A stretch of 64,000 nucleotides of DNA from Trichoplax adhaerens (GCF_000150275.1 NW_002060960.1:124001-188000); one strand, 5' to 3'. Shown: positions 1-13,695, numbered from the stretch's first letter. The notes: a model not told the origin generated them from the sequence alone. Numbers and translations are program-made.

Positions 1-3000
1 GTTACATTTAAATAATCGTGAAATAGCCCAGGAATATAGAAGCAGCTTATAACATAATTCATCGGCATAGCAAATAAAGATCTGCCATAATGGGGTTTCA
101 CCCAAGCATATTTATTATCACCATGGAAGAAACTATAAATTGGCTGCTTAGTACTATTAAGAAAGTTGAAATACAGAACTCTGACAGTATCTACGCTAAC
201 TTTAGCCTTAAACGTCTTTCTGGTTGCCTCTTCGTCTTCTATACTTAGACGGCATTGACTTAAGCATTTTCTTGCGTCTTTTGTTGGATCATGTAAGGGT
301 GTCTCATTAAGGCAATCAACTTGCATCAATATCCACATCCACTGTAGAACTATTAGGGAGATAAAAGTCTTACTTCCCATGGTATATCTTTATTACTGGA
401 TCCTAATTCAGCTATTTTACGTTACTTGGCTGCTTGATAGGATGGCTGTTAAATGGAAAGCAAACAGTAATGAGATTTTTAGAAAAGCCTTGTTGCATTT
501 CTATTGAAATATAACTCGGAGCGAGGTATGATTCCGTGGCAATCCCAACCATTACAACGTGTAATATTATTTTTGATGCTACTTATGTCTTACAATCTAC
601 TTCAAATAATTAAAATGGATCCACATGTAGTGAAAACTTCAAGGTAAAATAATAAAACAAATGAAGTCATTGACTATTTTATGTTGATAAACATAACAGT
701 TAAATCGAAAAAATAGCTGACCTTATAATTTGACTAAAATTTACATATTATATATAGTGATCTATCACCCGATATTTGATAATAAAGACTCAATGCCGTA
801 GTTACCGTATACTAAAACCGATGTTACTACAAAGTTGCAATGATGATATATTAAAGCTGAAAAGGAGCAATAACATCTAGCGCATGTTGCCGATCGTAAT
901 GAGCAATTACTTCAACTCTACAAGGTAGTTGCCTGCATCTACATGCAGTAGTGCATCAGGATTACCTACCAACATTTCTGCTGTAAATCACTCTGATAAC
1001 CAAGTCACAATTTCATATCTTGCTTCAAATCATCTATGCCAGAACTATTTTAAAGTTAGAGATTGATTTTATTTAGCACTGCAGCTACTTTGCCTTTTAA
1101 GAATGATTTTCGTGTAGAATAAGATATAGAATTGATTCGAATTCTTTATGTAAGGTGCTCCAGAAGATCGATTAAAACTGTTTCTGAAGGAGTAGTTCAA
1201 AATGAACAATCAAAATACTTCATTATTCTTGGAAATGGTGATGAGCAGTAAGTCATATCTAAATAATGCAAATTTTACTTATTTTTATTAACGTAAGCAT
1301 GCATGCTTGGAATAGCTGCACCCAAGTCACAGAATCTTAGCTGTTTTACAAGCTTAAGGAATCTCGAGAAATGATGCACTAGGAGAAATCAAGAAGTCTC
1401 TCTTGTATAACAGTATTTAAACTACTTATTATACTAGACAGCAGCCTATAAAAAAGGTGCCAGTATCTAGCGTAATAATGCGCTGGGAGTGTTCTACAAT
1501 TTTCTTATGTATAAAAATATTTGTACTACTCTTCATGTAGACGACAGCCAGTTAAGCGATACGCTGACCTTGCGTAATGACGTATTAGGATTTGTTGAGA
1601 AGTCTCCTATGTGCAAAAATATTTACACTTAATTTTATAGTAGAAAGCACTCGGGAGAATGCATGTATCTTGACAATCTTTGTTCATTACAAGTATGTCA
1701 TCGTGCCAAGATGGTAAATTGATAAAACCATCAACTCTCTTCTATTAGAAAATACAACTTTAATGATATTGTCATACACAGCTTTGCACGTTGCTCTATA
1801 GCGAACAGGTAGATATCCAAGATCACGGATTACTGTGAGATTGGTAATGTTACTATTAGTCGGAATAGTGTTGCACTTTACTTAATAGCAATCTGATAAC
1901 TGGTAGATAGTAGGATAGGGATTATTTGAAAGTGTCACTTTCACACCGAATGCAGCTATTTTTATGCAGTTTATTAAAGGAGAAATTGCTTACATTTCTA
2001 AAACTAGCAAGCCCTCAATCTGCTATTAATAATAATAACTGGGTATATCAAGTAGTATAACACTCGAAGATGGCCAATAGCAAAGCATCAGAGTTCGACA
2101 TGAAAATGGGCGTATATAAAAGCTACTATCATACTTTCCTTTACTTATTGTGTGGATAGAGTACAGCACGTTAGCAGCATAGTAGTTTAGCAGTTAATTA
2201 TACGCCTGTTCTACTGTATCTTAGTAGCTAATTTATTATAACTTAAGTTATTTGCTATAATAAATTGATCACGTATGGTTATTCACACATACTCGCGTGT
2301 GAGGTGTTAAAATGGTAATAGATTTATTTTTTCATTTATCAGGATCTAGCTTATTGGTTTGCTTTTTCCCCTATGACTCTTTCTATCACTTGTTACAAAA
2401 CACTCCATCTCTTAGAATTCGTCCTTCATGCTTGTTTGTGTTTTAAACTAGCCTGCAGCAATAAAGGACTGAAAAAGATGGACTCTCTGGGCACTAGCTA
2501 TCAATCAGTCATGGAGTTAATGCTTTAAATGCATATGTTGTACACAAAATGAGCATAAGCTTGTAGTCTCTAATTGAGGGCTATATTTTACTGTGCTAGG
2601 CGAAGTGAAGACAGCCTAAGACTAGTCAAATCGCGAAAAGCTCACAAGATTTATCCTTCAATGATTTGTTTTATTCTCCTAAGCGTTGAACTGTCTGCGG
2701 ATATCATATTAGTTACAATTGTCTAACCTCTGAACCATCTTGACATGGAGTAAGATAAATTTATATCGATAATTTACAAGGAAAAATGTAAGAATTTCAG
2801 ATTTTTGCTATATTTTACACGATATGAATACAATCATACGGTAATCCCCATTACAATGACTGAACGCAATTCACTAATGCAAGTATTGCAATTTTCAAAG
2901 CTAGGGATCTAGATCAACATCGTTTTACAATCGTTATTATAATCTTTACAAAAGATTGGCAACAGCAGTTTGAGACGTTCACTGCTCAGACATTAAAATC

Positions 3001-4509
3001 AATAATACTGTATTGATCATATAATAACTTTCCTCCGTCATTACTATGGATAAACTAACTAATTCTAATGGTCATGAATTAGATTAAAGACATGATGCAT
3101 ACGCGTCGACTACCTTCAATTTTTATACGGAGTTCGCCATGCCAAATTAAACTATTTGAATAATCTAAATAGGCTATATTACGTATTTGACATGATTATC
3201 TCTCCTTGTAATTCGTAAATTACAAATAATATTATTTATTATCCAAGACACCTAGATCAAAGATTCCTGTCATAAGTACCACCCTTATAAGAGAATTAAG
3301 GTGTCGAATAGAATTATGTCTTGATTCTATCATGCTAACTGTAAGCGTTACATACAGTAGCCTAATACTAGGAATTTTTATATATAACAATATTGAAATT
3401 TTTAATGCGAAATAGAGACAGCTCTAAGAAGTTCGGATGAAATTCGTTTGTAAACAAAAACAATCACTTGAAAATGTAATTACTACCAAAAGGTATTTCT
3501 GATGACATTTCCTAAACTATGAAATATTAGTTATAGAATAAAAGCGTTTTTATTCCTTTCTCAATTATGATGAATCAAATTGATTTATATAGCAGCGTCC
3601 ATCATAGCAGTTTTATAAAATGTGCTATTAACTTTCATTAATAGTTAGTAACATTTTATTCAATCGATCGGTAAATTCAAAATATGAATCGATGAAAGAA
3701 CTACTAAATTCTTCTTGCCAATTCTGCTATGATTATGCTGTATGGTACTTTTCTAGAAATATTCTTGTATACAATTATCAATTTATTCGAGCAAAAATGC
3801 TACAACTAGCCATAATAAAATTTTAATGACCAACAGAATCAAGCTTATCCTTATAATATATCACTTCTTAAAATTAATTTATGAAGCTGTCCAAGTTTCT
3901 AACCGATCATATCAATACCGTCAATGGGAAAGTGATCGGTAATTTAGCGCACTTACAAACAAAATTGGCTACATCGATTTTACAAATTGATTCAATAATG
4001 AGGAGTTGTAATCCTTATTTTAACTAATCACACAATTTATAGTCTACGAGACACCCATATACTCTATTTTCTCCAGTTTTGAATTACCATCTAACGTATT
4101 TGTGAAAGGTCCTTTTTTTCTGAGCGTGCCTTACGTTGCTTATGATTTTCTGATGATTTAGGAAACAAACTTGACGCTAACCCAACAAAGTTAAGATCCA
4201 TCAATTTATTTAAGAAGCGATGTATTAGTCTTCTAGCGTTAGCATGCTTGGAGATTTTAAGAACGATAATATAGATGACTAAATTTATCAAACTACTATA
4301 ATTATAACTTCAACACTTCAAATGATCTAATTATACAGTATATGTATGACAATATCTTCAGTTATGTTTTACTTTTCGAATTATTTTACATTCGTTAAAT
4401 ATACTTACAAAAGTGTACTCAATATTCAAGCTTAATTAGTCTTCCACTATCCTAAGACCAATAGTGATTGAAATTATTATCAGATTCAGAAGATGATTAT
4501 TGATAACCT

Positions 4510-5466
4510 TTAATGCGGATAGATACTGGATCTCCAACAAAAATTGACCTTGGATAATTTGATATCGATTGATGTATAAGTAAAAATGAGAGAATGAACT
4601 AGCGGATATGAATAAGCCATATACTGAGAGGCTCTTAACCAATCATGAAATACCTTCGGGTGATATTTAAATTGAATAGAAGGCGAAAGCAAAATGAGAG
4701 CAAAACACATAAATAATGGCATCCACATTATGAGATAGAGACATATTAATGTAACGAAGGTTAGCGCAAGTTTATGATTACGTCTAACATGAGAAGCATC
4801 AGCAGTGTGAAAAATTTGAGCAGCAAACTGCTTTCTTAAAATACGAATTTTTCGAAAGATATAAATGTAACAGCAGATCATAATAAAACAAGGTAGAATA
4901 AAAAATAAGCATAACGTACTTATATAGTAGATAGCTTCTTGTTGTGAATTTTCAGGATCCCAAGCTATACAAAGTTCAGATTGCAACCTTCGATGAGTAA
5001 AGATAGGGGCGATAGAAACGGTGATCGAGATAAGCCATATGATAGCAAGACTCCATTTGGTACGATAGAGCGTGGATGGATTACGAAAATAATGTCTAGC
5101 GTAATATATAGTTAAGAATCGATCAATACTAGCGGCCATTAAATGTAAATTAATGGCGATAATCATAATAGTGGCAAAGATGGATGTTAATGAGCAATAC
5201 AGCCAATTATTACGATAATGTGGACTGGCTAAACGTGGAAAGATATAGAGAGCAGCAAACAGGATATTACCACAACATAAACTTCCCATTATAAGATAAA
5301 TACTTTGATTAAATAGATTACGTCGATAATATATTGCTATGATAACCCCAATATTAATGATTATGGTGATCAAACCAATAAGCGACCAAATGATAATTTC
5401 GGTCATTCCGTTATGAGGTAATAAAATGTCTGAGAAGAGATTGCGATAAGAAGAATTATTGAACAT
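4510..5466 (-). CDS. Intronless class A (rhodopsin-like) 7TM GPCR, 318 aa, orphan
   Basis: Single ORF with seven hydrophobic segments: N-terminal NNS sequon, TM1 Asn (IIINIG), Cys at the start of TM3 (LYCS), DRF at the DRY position, TM4 Trp, ECL2 Cys, TM5 Pro (FFILP) and TM6 WMP. The TM7 NPxxY motif is degenerate (HSLIF). Confidence 0.9.
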   Translation of the reverse strand: MFNNSSYRNLFSDILLPHNGMTEIIIWSLIGLITIIINIGVIIAIYYRRNLFNQSIYLIMGSLCCGNILFAALYIFPRLASPHYRNNWLYCSLTSIFATIMIIAINLHLMAASIDRFLTIYYARHYFRNPSTLYRTKWSLAIIWLISITVSIAPIFTHRRLQSELCIAWDPENSQQEAIYYISTLCLFFILPCFIMICCYIYIFRKIRILRKQFAAQIFHTADASHVRRNHKLALTFVTLICLYLIMWMPLFMCFALILLSPSIQFKYHPKVFHDWLRASQYMAYSYPLVHSLIFTYTSIDIKLSKVNFCWRSSIYPH

Positions 5467-7844
5467 ATTGAATTCCTATTTAATGTTTCAATGTTGGGCT
5501 TAAAAACGGCGTTAGCGATCTAGATCGATAACTACGATGAAGATGGACAAGATCGATTGCTTACAAAGTGTTCTATAAGATACAAATACAAAGTTCCATT
5601 TTCTAATAGTCTTTACGCTCCAATTTTAAATATCGATCGTCATATTTTGTGTCGGTATCAATTATCGTAAAATCCAAGAACACTTCCAATGCAAGACTTT
5701 TCCAATTTAAGACATTGGCATTTTCATCATAATCATCTTCGACATTAATTATCGGTAAGAAATAAATAACAACTCGAGTATAAGATCGACTCGCTTGTAC
5801 ATTGGAAAGTAATCTAGAAAAAAATTATTATTGGCTGCTATCCAACTCAATTTTTTTTTCTTTACAATCGCTGAGGTTTTCTAGGCAAAATAATTGAAAT
5901 TGAAATATAACGTATTGATATAGTTGAACATCCCCCCAAACAAATTATTATCATTCCTGACAGGATTGAAAGGAGATAAAAGAAATTAAATTCTTCGTAG
6001 AAAGAAAAGAAGAATTTACAGGCATATTCAATTGTAAATAAGATTTTATTCTACAATTCAATGAAAATTGGATATAAAGAACATGTTTTTTTATTCTTTT
6101 AAAGTTCAACTATTCTTCCTACCCCAATGGAGAATAATGATCTGAAAGTCAGATTAAGATAGGCCTAAGTAGATTAAGAATAAGTTATTTTCTTATCAAA
6201 AGAAATGCCGACGAAAGTATATCAATAAGTCACAAGATCGTCTTGTTCACGTTATCATGGTCGAAATTTATTATGTTCAATTGTTTAAGTTATGTTTTAT
6301 TCCATTTCATAATAAAATTGCTTAAAAGAAGGCAAAAAAAGGCATCAACATAGTACTGTAGGGCTATAATGCGCAATCAATATTGACTCAATTTTCACCA
6401 GCGATACGCAATTTGACTTTTGGAGTTACTATCGTTCATAAAGGGTCGCTAACTCTGTTCATTTACACTTGGAAAATAGTGGTCCATCTATCCTGTTGCC
6501 TTATTTTCTTTATTGGCAGTAGTAATTTAATCCTGGGCAATGTCAATAATAGCACAACCAATAATTCTTTAGGCTTTAATTTATGCTATACCAACCTCAC
6601 TTTAATTTACTTAATCTTTTCCATACCAACATGATTACTTTTCTTCACAAGGCAAATGACCCCAATACGAATTGTTATTTTAAAAATATTTTATACAAAA
6701 TATTTTAATCCTCACCGAATAGAGCAAAAGCAACAACAAGTCAATCAGTGAAAAACTTGTCTTATTTAATTAATAGCATAATATTGCGCCCAGCCTTGAT
6801 CTAGATATATAGAGAAAATGCTAACAGTTGACAGTGTTCCACTTCTAGGACTATTTAGAAGGTTAAAGTTGTTTTTTTATTTTTGTATAAACGAGTACTG
6901 TACCGAGTTTACTTGAAGAATGTGATGGATAAAATTGAAAACAACCAATTGAAAAGATTTCTTTATGGTAAATTTACAACATTCCTATTAAATTTCCTTC
7001 TAGAAATAGACATTAAAGGTGCTTTTATTTCCCCATCTGTTCTACTCAACAAAAGAAACACAAAACAATCTTCTCTTGACATAATTTATTAGTTTACACA
7101 GGGATCTTGTCTCTATCATAGAAGTTCAAACTCATTTTATGTTTACTTTGACTAAGGAAATAAATTTTATCTTCTAATTCTCATCATAATGACATTAAGT
7201 AGACTTCTAAAATTATACATAGTATTTGATGTCTCTTACAATGTTCATTCTAGTTGAGTTATTTATTACTACTTCCTTTTACAATGTTCTATAAGCAATT
7301 AACCTAAATTTCTTTGTAGATACCAATTTTATCTAATATGATGGACTGAACACTTCCATTTTTAATATGCCCTTTAGCATTATCGACAGTAAATTAGAAA
7401 TAAAATAAAATCTATTGCCAGGATTGCAGCATTAATGAAGTAATTAATTCGATGCAAAGGATCAAGCACCAATAATCCAAACACTTTAGCATTGTTAGTA
7501 TTTAACATAGTTTGAAAAATAACACTCAAACTTGTTTATCAATCTTGCATCGTTCAATAACATTAGAATTTTATGACTCATTTTTTAGTATCCCTAAAAT
7601 CAAATCAATAAACTTCCTGGAAATAGCGATGACATTTCCTTCATGCCATGGATGAAAGAATAAAACTAATCGAGTACAAATTTATGTTTATAGGCTCCCT
7701 ACCAATCATTATTATTCTATATATAGAACAAATAATAACATTATACGGTTTATGTTTATACCTTACGACATTTATTTTAAAAACGATAAATTTAAATACA
7801 GCTTAATTTACTTAATAGGTCAGTTGCAGTCTTGGTCAATTTTC

Positions 7845-8900
7845 TGAAATACTCGAATCGATCAAGGATCGCTAAACCTTAACATAACATTGTCGATATG
7901 AAGAAAGGCGATAATGAATACAAGATCAATTTTCTTGCAGCTAGTTGAATTTCTCGTATCTGACAGAGATCTCTAAATCTAACATGGTATTGATGATGAA
8001 GAAAAAGCGATGCTAGATGACAGCTCAATGCATGTTATCATTCACCTTCTTGAAATTCTCATATATGTCAGAGATCTATGAATCTAACATAGATCGATGA
8101 TGAAGGAAATACAGTGCTAGTTGGGAGACCAATACATATTTTCATTCACCTTCTTGAAGTTCTCGTATCGATCAAGCGTTACTAGATTTGACCTACTATC
8201 GATCATGTAATTAAAGGCGATACTAGCTAGGAAATCAGTATTCAGTAGCCTTTCTGAAATTCTCGTATCTGTCAGAGATCTGAGAATCTAAAATACCGTC
8301 GATGATATAGGAAAGGTGATACTTGATAGAAGATTAACATAGTATTTGTTCACCTTGTTGAAATTCTCGTATCGTACATGGCTCGCTGATCCCTAACATA
8401 TCATCCATGATCTAAGGCAATACTGGATAGGGTATCAGTTCTTATTCACCTTTATGAAATTCTAAAATCTGTCAGAAATCATTGAATCCAACATACCATC
8501 GATAATGAACACGATACTAGATAGGAGCTCAATTTTCGTTCAACTTCTTGAAATTGTTAGAAATGATGATACTAGACAGGAGATCAATGTGTGTTCTCCT
8601 TCTCATATCGATCAGCGATCTCTGAATCTAAAATACCATAGATAATATTAGAAAAGGTGATACTAGATGGGAGATCAATGTTTGCTCTCCTTCTTGAAAT
8701 TTTCATATAGATCAGCGATCTATGAACCTAATAGACCATGGATAAAATAAGGAATGGCGATACTAGATAGGAGATCAAGTTTGTTCACCTTCTTTAAATT
8801 CTTATATCTACCAGGTAGATCTTAGCCTAAAATACTATTGATGATACGCTACAGATACAATATAAGGAAAGGTGGTGCTGAATAGGAGATCAATATTCGG
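7845..8900. repeat. Degenerate tandem array of about 10 units of ~95-105 bp
   Basis: The block TTCACCTTCTTGAAATTCTCGTATC..AGAGATCT..GAATCTAA.ATACC.TCGATGAT..GGAAAGG.GATACTAGATAGGAGATCAAT recurs. GAAATTCTC-like anchors fall near 7947, 8052, 8157, 8257, 8360, 8457, 8550, 8697 and 8796. Confidence 0.85.
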
Positions 8901-9744
8901 TCAGAAGAGCATATCCTAATTGCTAAGGCTTCCTATATGATCGATAAATATCATGGAATGGAAGCTACTATGTTATAGACGAAATGGCTATATTTGCTAT
9001 TTGCCTGAAGGTCGATACTAAAGAATTGGCATTGGGTAACAACGACGCAAAATTAGAAATTCTCCTTATTATCATGCTGAAAAGCATACAATACCTATTT
9101 TTGGAATAGAAAATAGTGCGTCAAAGTAAAATGAAACGGACCTCTTCTTGCATCAAACAACAACCAAGCAGAGCATTATCTACACACTAGAAAGATTCTG
9201 AAATGCATAGAAGAAAATCAAATTCGCTTAATATCTTTCTACTGATTGGAAGTGGAGATCGGGTTAATTTTATAAATCAGAATATTCGACATATATGCAC
9301 ATTTTGTAGATTTTATGAATTGTTAGCACGATTGATTCCATTTAGTTTTCTTGAGTAAACAAAAATTTCACAAAAGAGGGGTAGTTATTACGATTTTGTC
9401 AACATTCTTTTAATAAAATCTGTTTTCAAGATGTACAATTTTCCTCTTTCACCAAGAATTAGAAATGTACTAGGAGCAGATAGCGCGAAATAATAAAATC
9501 AAGCCTAATTTTTAAAGTACCACGGTAACCTTTAATATTATGTTAATGAAATCAACGCTTGGAGCGAAATTAAAATACAAGCCATATAATAAGTTGTCGA
9601 TTAATGAGTAAATCAGGTCTATATATGTCAGGATCTTCAATGTAATATTAAACAAATCATCATTCAATCGATCAATTTTAATCAGAAATGGGCGTAAAGA
9701 GCTATATGCTTTACCTACACATAGATAAAAAAAGATTTTAGTGA

Positions 9745-11030
9745 AGCAGAGAATGCCAAATTGGTCTTTATAGGTATTGTAAGGGTTAATAATACCACTA
9801 TTAAAGATGCAGTCCTTAATATCTTGTACACATAGGATACTTCTTACAAAAAAGAAACATCAACCTCAGCATTCATAGGAATAGCAAATAAACAACCTAA
9901 CGAAGCATAAACTAGATAGGTAATTGAAATTCCAATACAGAGAAGCAAAACGTATAAAATATAAATAATAGCAATTGCAAAAATTTTCCAAAGGAAACTG
10001 GCGACTAGTTGGTTAGCACCTGAATTCCAGCCAAATTTAAAATGAGAATAGGTATCCGTAGTGTTACCGCGGAATAACAGACTGTCGGGGTTATGAAAAT
10101 CGTCGCTCATTGAGCTGCAGATGGATTCATAATACACTTTTTAACAAAAATCTAAATCATAAATTAAACTAAGATCTTTTCAAAGGCTTTTTACGAAAAT
10201 TAATATTCAATAGTTCATAATTAAAATACTATATTTAAATTATGTCAACTTCAATATCAATGTTATATCCTATGTACGGTACTAAGGCATACAGCTGTGA
10301 ATAACAGCACCGCTAAGCACTATTTTTAATACTTTAGATGGTAAACAGAGCTTCAATGTTCTACAACAATCATCAAATGCTAATCTATTTTAACTAGAGT
10401 TTCCTTAAATTTTATGCTTTCAATTTTAAATCGTAACGTACTACACCATCAACGATAACAAAAGACAATTAAAATCAAAGATAAGCAAAGATATAAAATA
10501 TCAATTTTTCGAAATTATTGTATTCATCCTTAATTGCTCAATTTATATTTTATTTAGCTCTCTAGCTAAATAAAAAAACGAACCGTTATATATTTACTTT
10601 ATAGATTAGCTCCTATTTAATCAATTTTAAGTTTGATAGTCAATCTCGTAGAAATTTGTAGTTGTTTTAGACAGCTGATAAGAGCAAATTATTAGTAATT
10701 GAATAAGCACTATAAATGTTGTAAATATCAAAGGGTACAAGCCAATAATTGGGTTTATAATTTTAACTTCATTTTACAGGCCTCAGCTTGCAACAAAGGT
10801 CAGTTCTATCAATAGTGCTGATTGCGGAGGAATTGCGAGAACTGCTAATATGCGTACAGTAAAGGATCAAATACAATCTTGCTCATCATAATCCGAAGTA
10901 TAAGTAAGTATTAAGAAACGATAGCTGAATTACCCGGATAATTGTAAATGGCTCCTTTAGCTATACCATAGAGACAATATATACAAAATCTTTTGAAGCT
11001 GAAAACACTGCCATAACATACCGTATTAGG
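9745..11030 (-). pseudogene. Non-processed SLC35F3/F4-like pseudogene fragment (3' part, paralogous to the 21880-25913 gene)
   Basis: The terminal-exon remnant LLCIGISITYLVYASLGCLFAIPMNAEVDVS has an in-frame TAA at 9844-9846 plus frameshifts. It keeps the same acceptor (TCTAAATCAT, 10151-10160) as 22341-22350. Only ~16 nt of the 126-nt exon remain (10303-10318). Intron 10320-10930 aligns with 22740-23319, and a remnant of the 220-nt exon starts at 10934. Confidence 0.85.
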
Positions 11031-11364
11031 GTTGGTATGTAAATAAACATTTGAAGATTTTCCTGAAATAACTTTTACTGGCCCATTTTCTAATACGTTT
11101 ATAATTGTTATTTTTTTTTGCGGCATGTTAATGCTAACTACATTTTACTATTTACGTAATCATTAGTATCATATAGTATTGTTAACTGAAGCATTACCGC
11201 ATAAGATTCAGATAAGGTTTATACAGTAAGTTCTTTAAAGTTATAAATTTGACTAGCGGTTCCAATTTTGACGAGCTTAATCGTCGAGCGACGTCGTGCA
11301 TTCATTCCTTTCGATATTATAGATTTTGGTATAATTTCTTATAATTTTACGGTACTGCACTCTA

Positions 11365-12105
11365 ATATGAGCAAGGTATGGCACTATATTAATGGTTTAC
11401 CTATATGAAATTATAACTTCAAGGTCCATGAAATTCTCTGAATTTTTCAGTGCATTTCTAACATTGCCAGGCTCACATTGGATATGATGTTTAGGAACAG
11501 AGCAGATACTCATTTACATTGTAGATCTAACGTTTAATTACTGTATATTTAAAGCGGATATAATTGAAAGATTAAATTACTATGTAATTATGGTGCTATG
11601 TGGTTCAGTTATCAACACAGGCTATTGTTTCGAGTCAAAGTAGCGCTAACAAAGTAATACTGCGACAGAGGGCCATAAAATGGATTGACTATAGATTATG
11701 TAACCGAAATAATGACTTCTCTCTCCTGCAGAGGACCAGGCAATTGCGATATCCTTATAATAGTTCATGCAAATCAGGATTTTCTGATGTTTACTTGACT
11801 TTACGATATCATCCGAATTCCAAAATAGATTACATCATATCAAAATGTCCATTAACAAATTTAGATATTGAAGTAAGAGAAGAGGTTTTTAATCATGCAA
11901 ATCTCAGAAAAAGTATAGGGAATTGATCGCTATTGATTATTACGAAAAAAGTTTTGAAAGAAGTTTAATCCTTCTCACTGAATTGAATAACTATCGTTGG
12001 CTATTCCCATATTTCTTTACATATCAATCTATGTTATCCGCAGAACAGGAAAATAAGGCGCATAACAGAATCGCAGTAAAAATTGAGTCTACTGTTATTG
12101 AATGA
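11365..12105 (+). pseudogene. Decayed TPR-repeat protein relic
   Basis: Broken frames give FQCISNIARLTLDM (~11445), VINTGYCFESK* (~11610) and FNHANLRKSIGN*/IAIDYYEKSFE (11887-11958). These resemble TPR repeats of the ..YNNIGxVYxxQGxYEEAIxxYEKSL type. There are many stops and frameshifts. Confidence 0.45.
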
Positions 12106-13695
12106 AGCATCCATGAGATTAAGTAGAAGGTGGAAGTCACAGTTGAATAATGAGGAGGAATCGATGATGGAAGATTATCGGATTATGTTTTTCTGATACT
12201 ATTAATCATATATTGTATACCATCATAATCGATCAGATACAAGAGTAACTAGCTTTTTCGCGTGTATGTCAGAGCTAGATCCGACAAACTATGCTTAAAC
12301 ATTTTTGAAGCGATACCGTAAAATTCTTGAATATACACTGTAAATTAAAATATGCAATTGAATTGAATTTCGAGTCATGGGAATTTAGTGCACTAAATTT
12401 TTTTAAATCTGACACCGATAAAGTACGATTCGAGAATCAAAAAAATTATATAAGAACGTAAGACATAAAGGACATTCATATTTATTTCTATTTATGCGAA
12501 TACTAGTCGGAGGTAAACAAATGGTAAATGCTTATACTTTTACATGTGAGTTACCAGCACTTTTCTACACGCTGAATTCTCGAAGTGATAGTATAGCACG
12601 CATATACGTAGTTCCTTTTTTCCATCTGGTATTACAAAAAATCGACCACTACTTTAAGTATCTAGAAACTTACAAGACAGAATACAATTTTATTGCGTGA
12701 CTACTGTATTAGGCAATTGGAAGAAAAATCAAAAGATGTGTCAATTACAGTGTCGTAAAAGAAGCAGATAAAGAATACTACGTATAATTATTTATTTACA
12801 AGAACACTATATGATTCAATAGATACAAATAAGGTAATAATTGCATCATGTAACTATAAGATTATTCATGCAAAGGTCAAAATACGAGTACAAGGGTCAC
12901 AGAGCGATAGAATTGAAAAACAAATGCTCATACGTTGCGATTTTCGTCGCCATGATATTCATCTACTCTTGGTAGAAAATTCTATTCTAGAAAATAATAT
13001 CACGTGTTATCATATTACTTATGTGCAGATAATGTAGAGTATGCTAGTATGAGATCTATCCAACCTTGTAATAGTATAATATATTAGCCTATGATTAAAT
13101 CATAGAGACAGGGTAGAAACCTATGGAATAGATTATGATTTTTTCTGTGTATTACAAGTGCAGTAGATAGATAACTATGATATGCTCTATAATTGGGATA
13201 TTATAGATTCGATCTACGCACGAGTATATATGATTGCATGTATTATCTGGGATTTCTATTAGGAAAAAAGTGATACCATCGTGAAAAGTAATTATTTTAA
13301 CTCCTTAGATGCATGTGTCATAGTTTAATTCGCTAAGAGTAAAAAATTTTCTGATTGCCTGGTGTGATATATTCCTTGCAATTCGGAACTGTAGTAACAT
13401 TCTATTGAACACTGAACATTTGTGGCATAACTGCTTTGAAAATCTTGAAGGAGAAGACTGCCTAGTAACCATTTCTTTAATTATTTTAAAGACTCAATTT
13501 AACACATTTGTTGTCAAACGGCCATAGTACCGTCGGTATACTAAACAGTTTCATTTTTTAACTAATTTAGTATAGGAAATTTAGCAGAAATAAGTCACCA
13601 ACTTACTTTTTCGTTAATTAATTACTGTCAGTAGTCAATCATCCTGCTTGTTTCTCTTGAATTAAGATCAAGCCTAGTATTATCTTAATTTAGAG

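Noticed and set aside
7845-8900. CRISPR array
   Set aside because: The context is eukaryotic, the whole unit is repeated and degenerate, and there are no unique spacers or cas genes.
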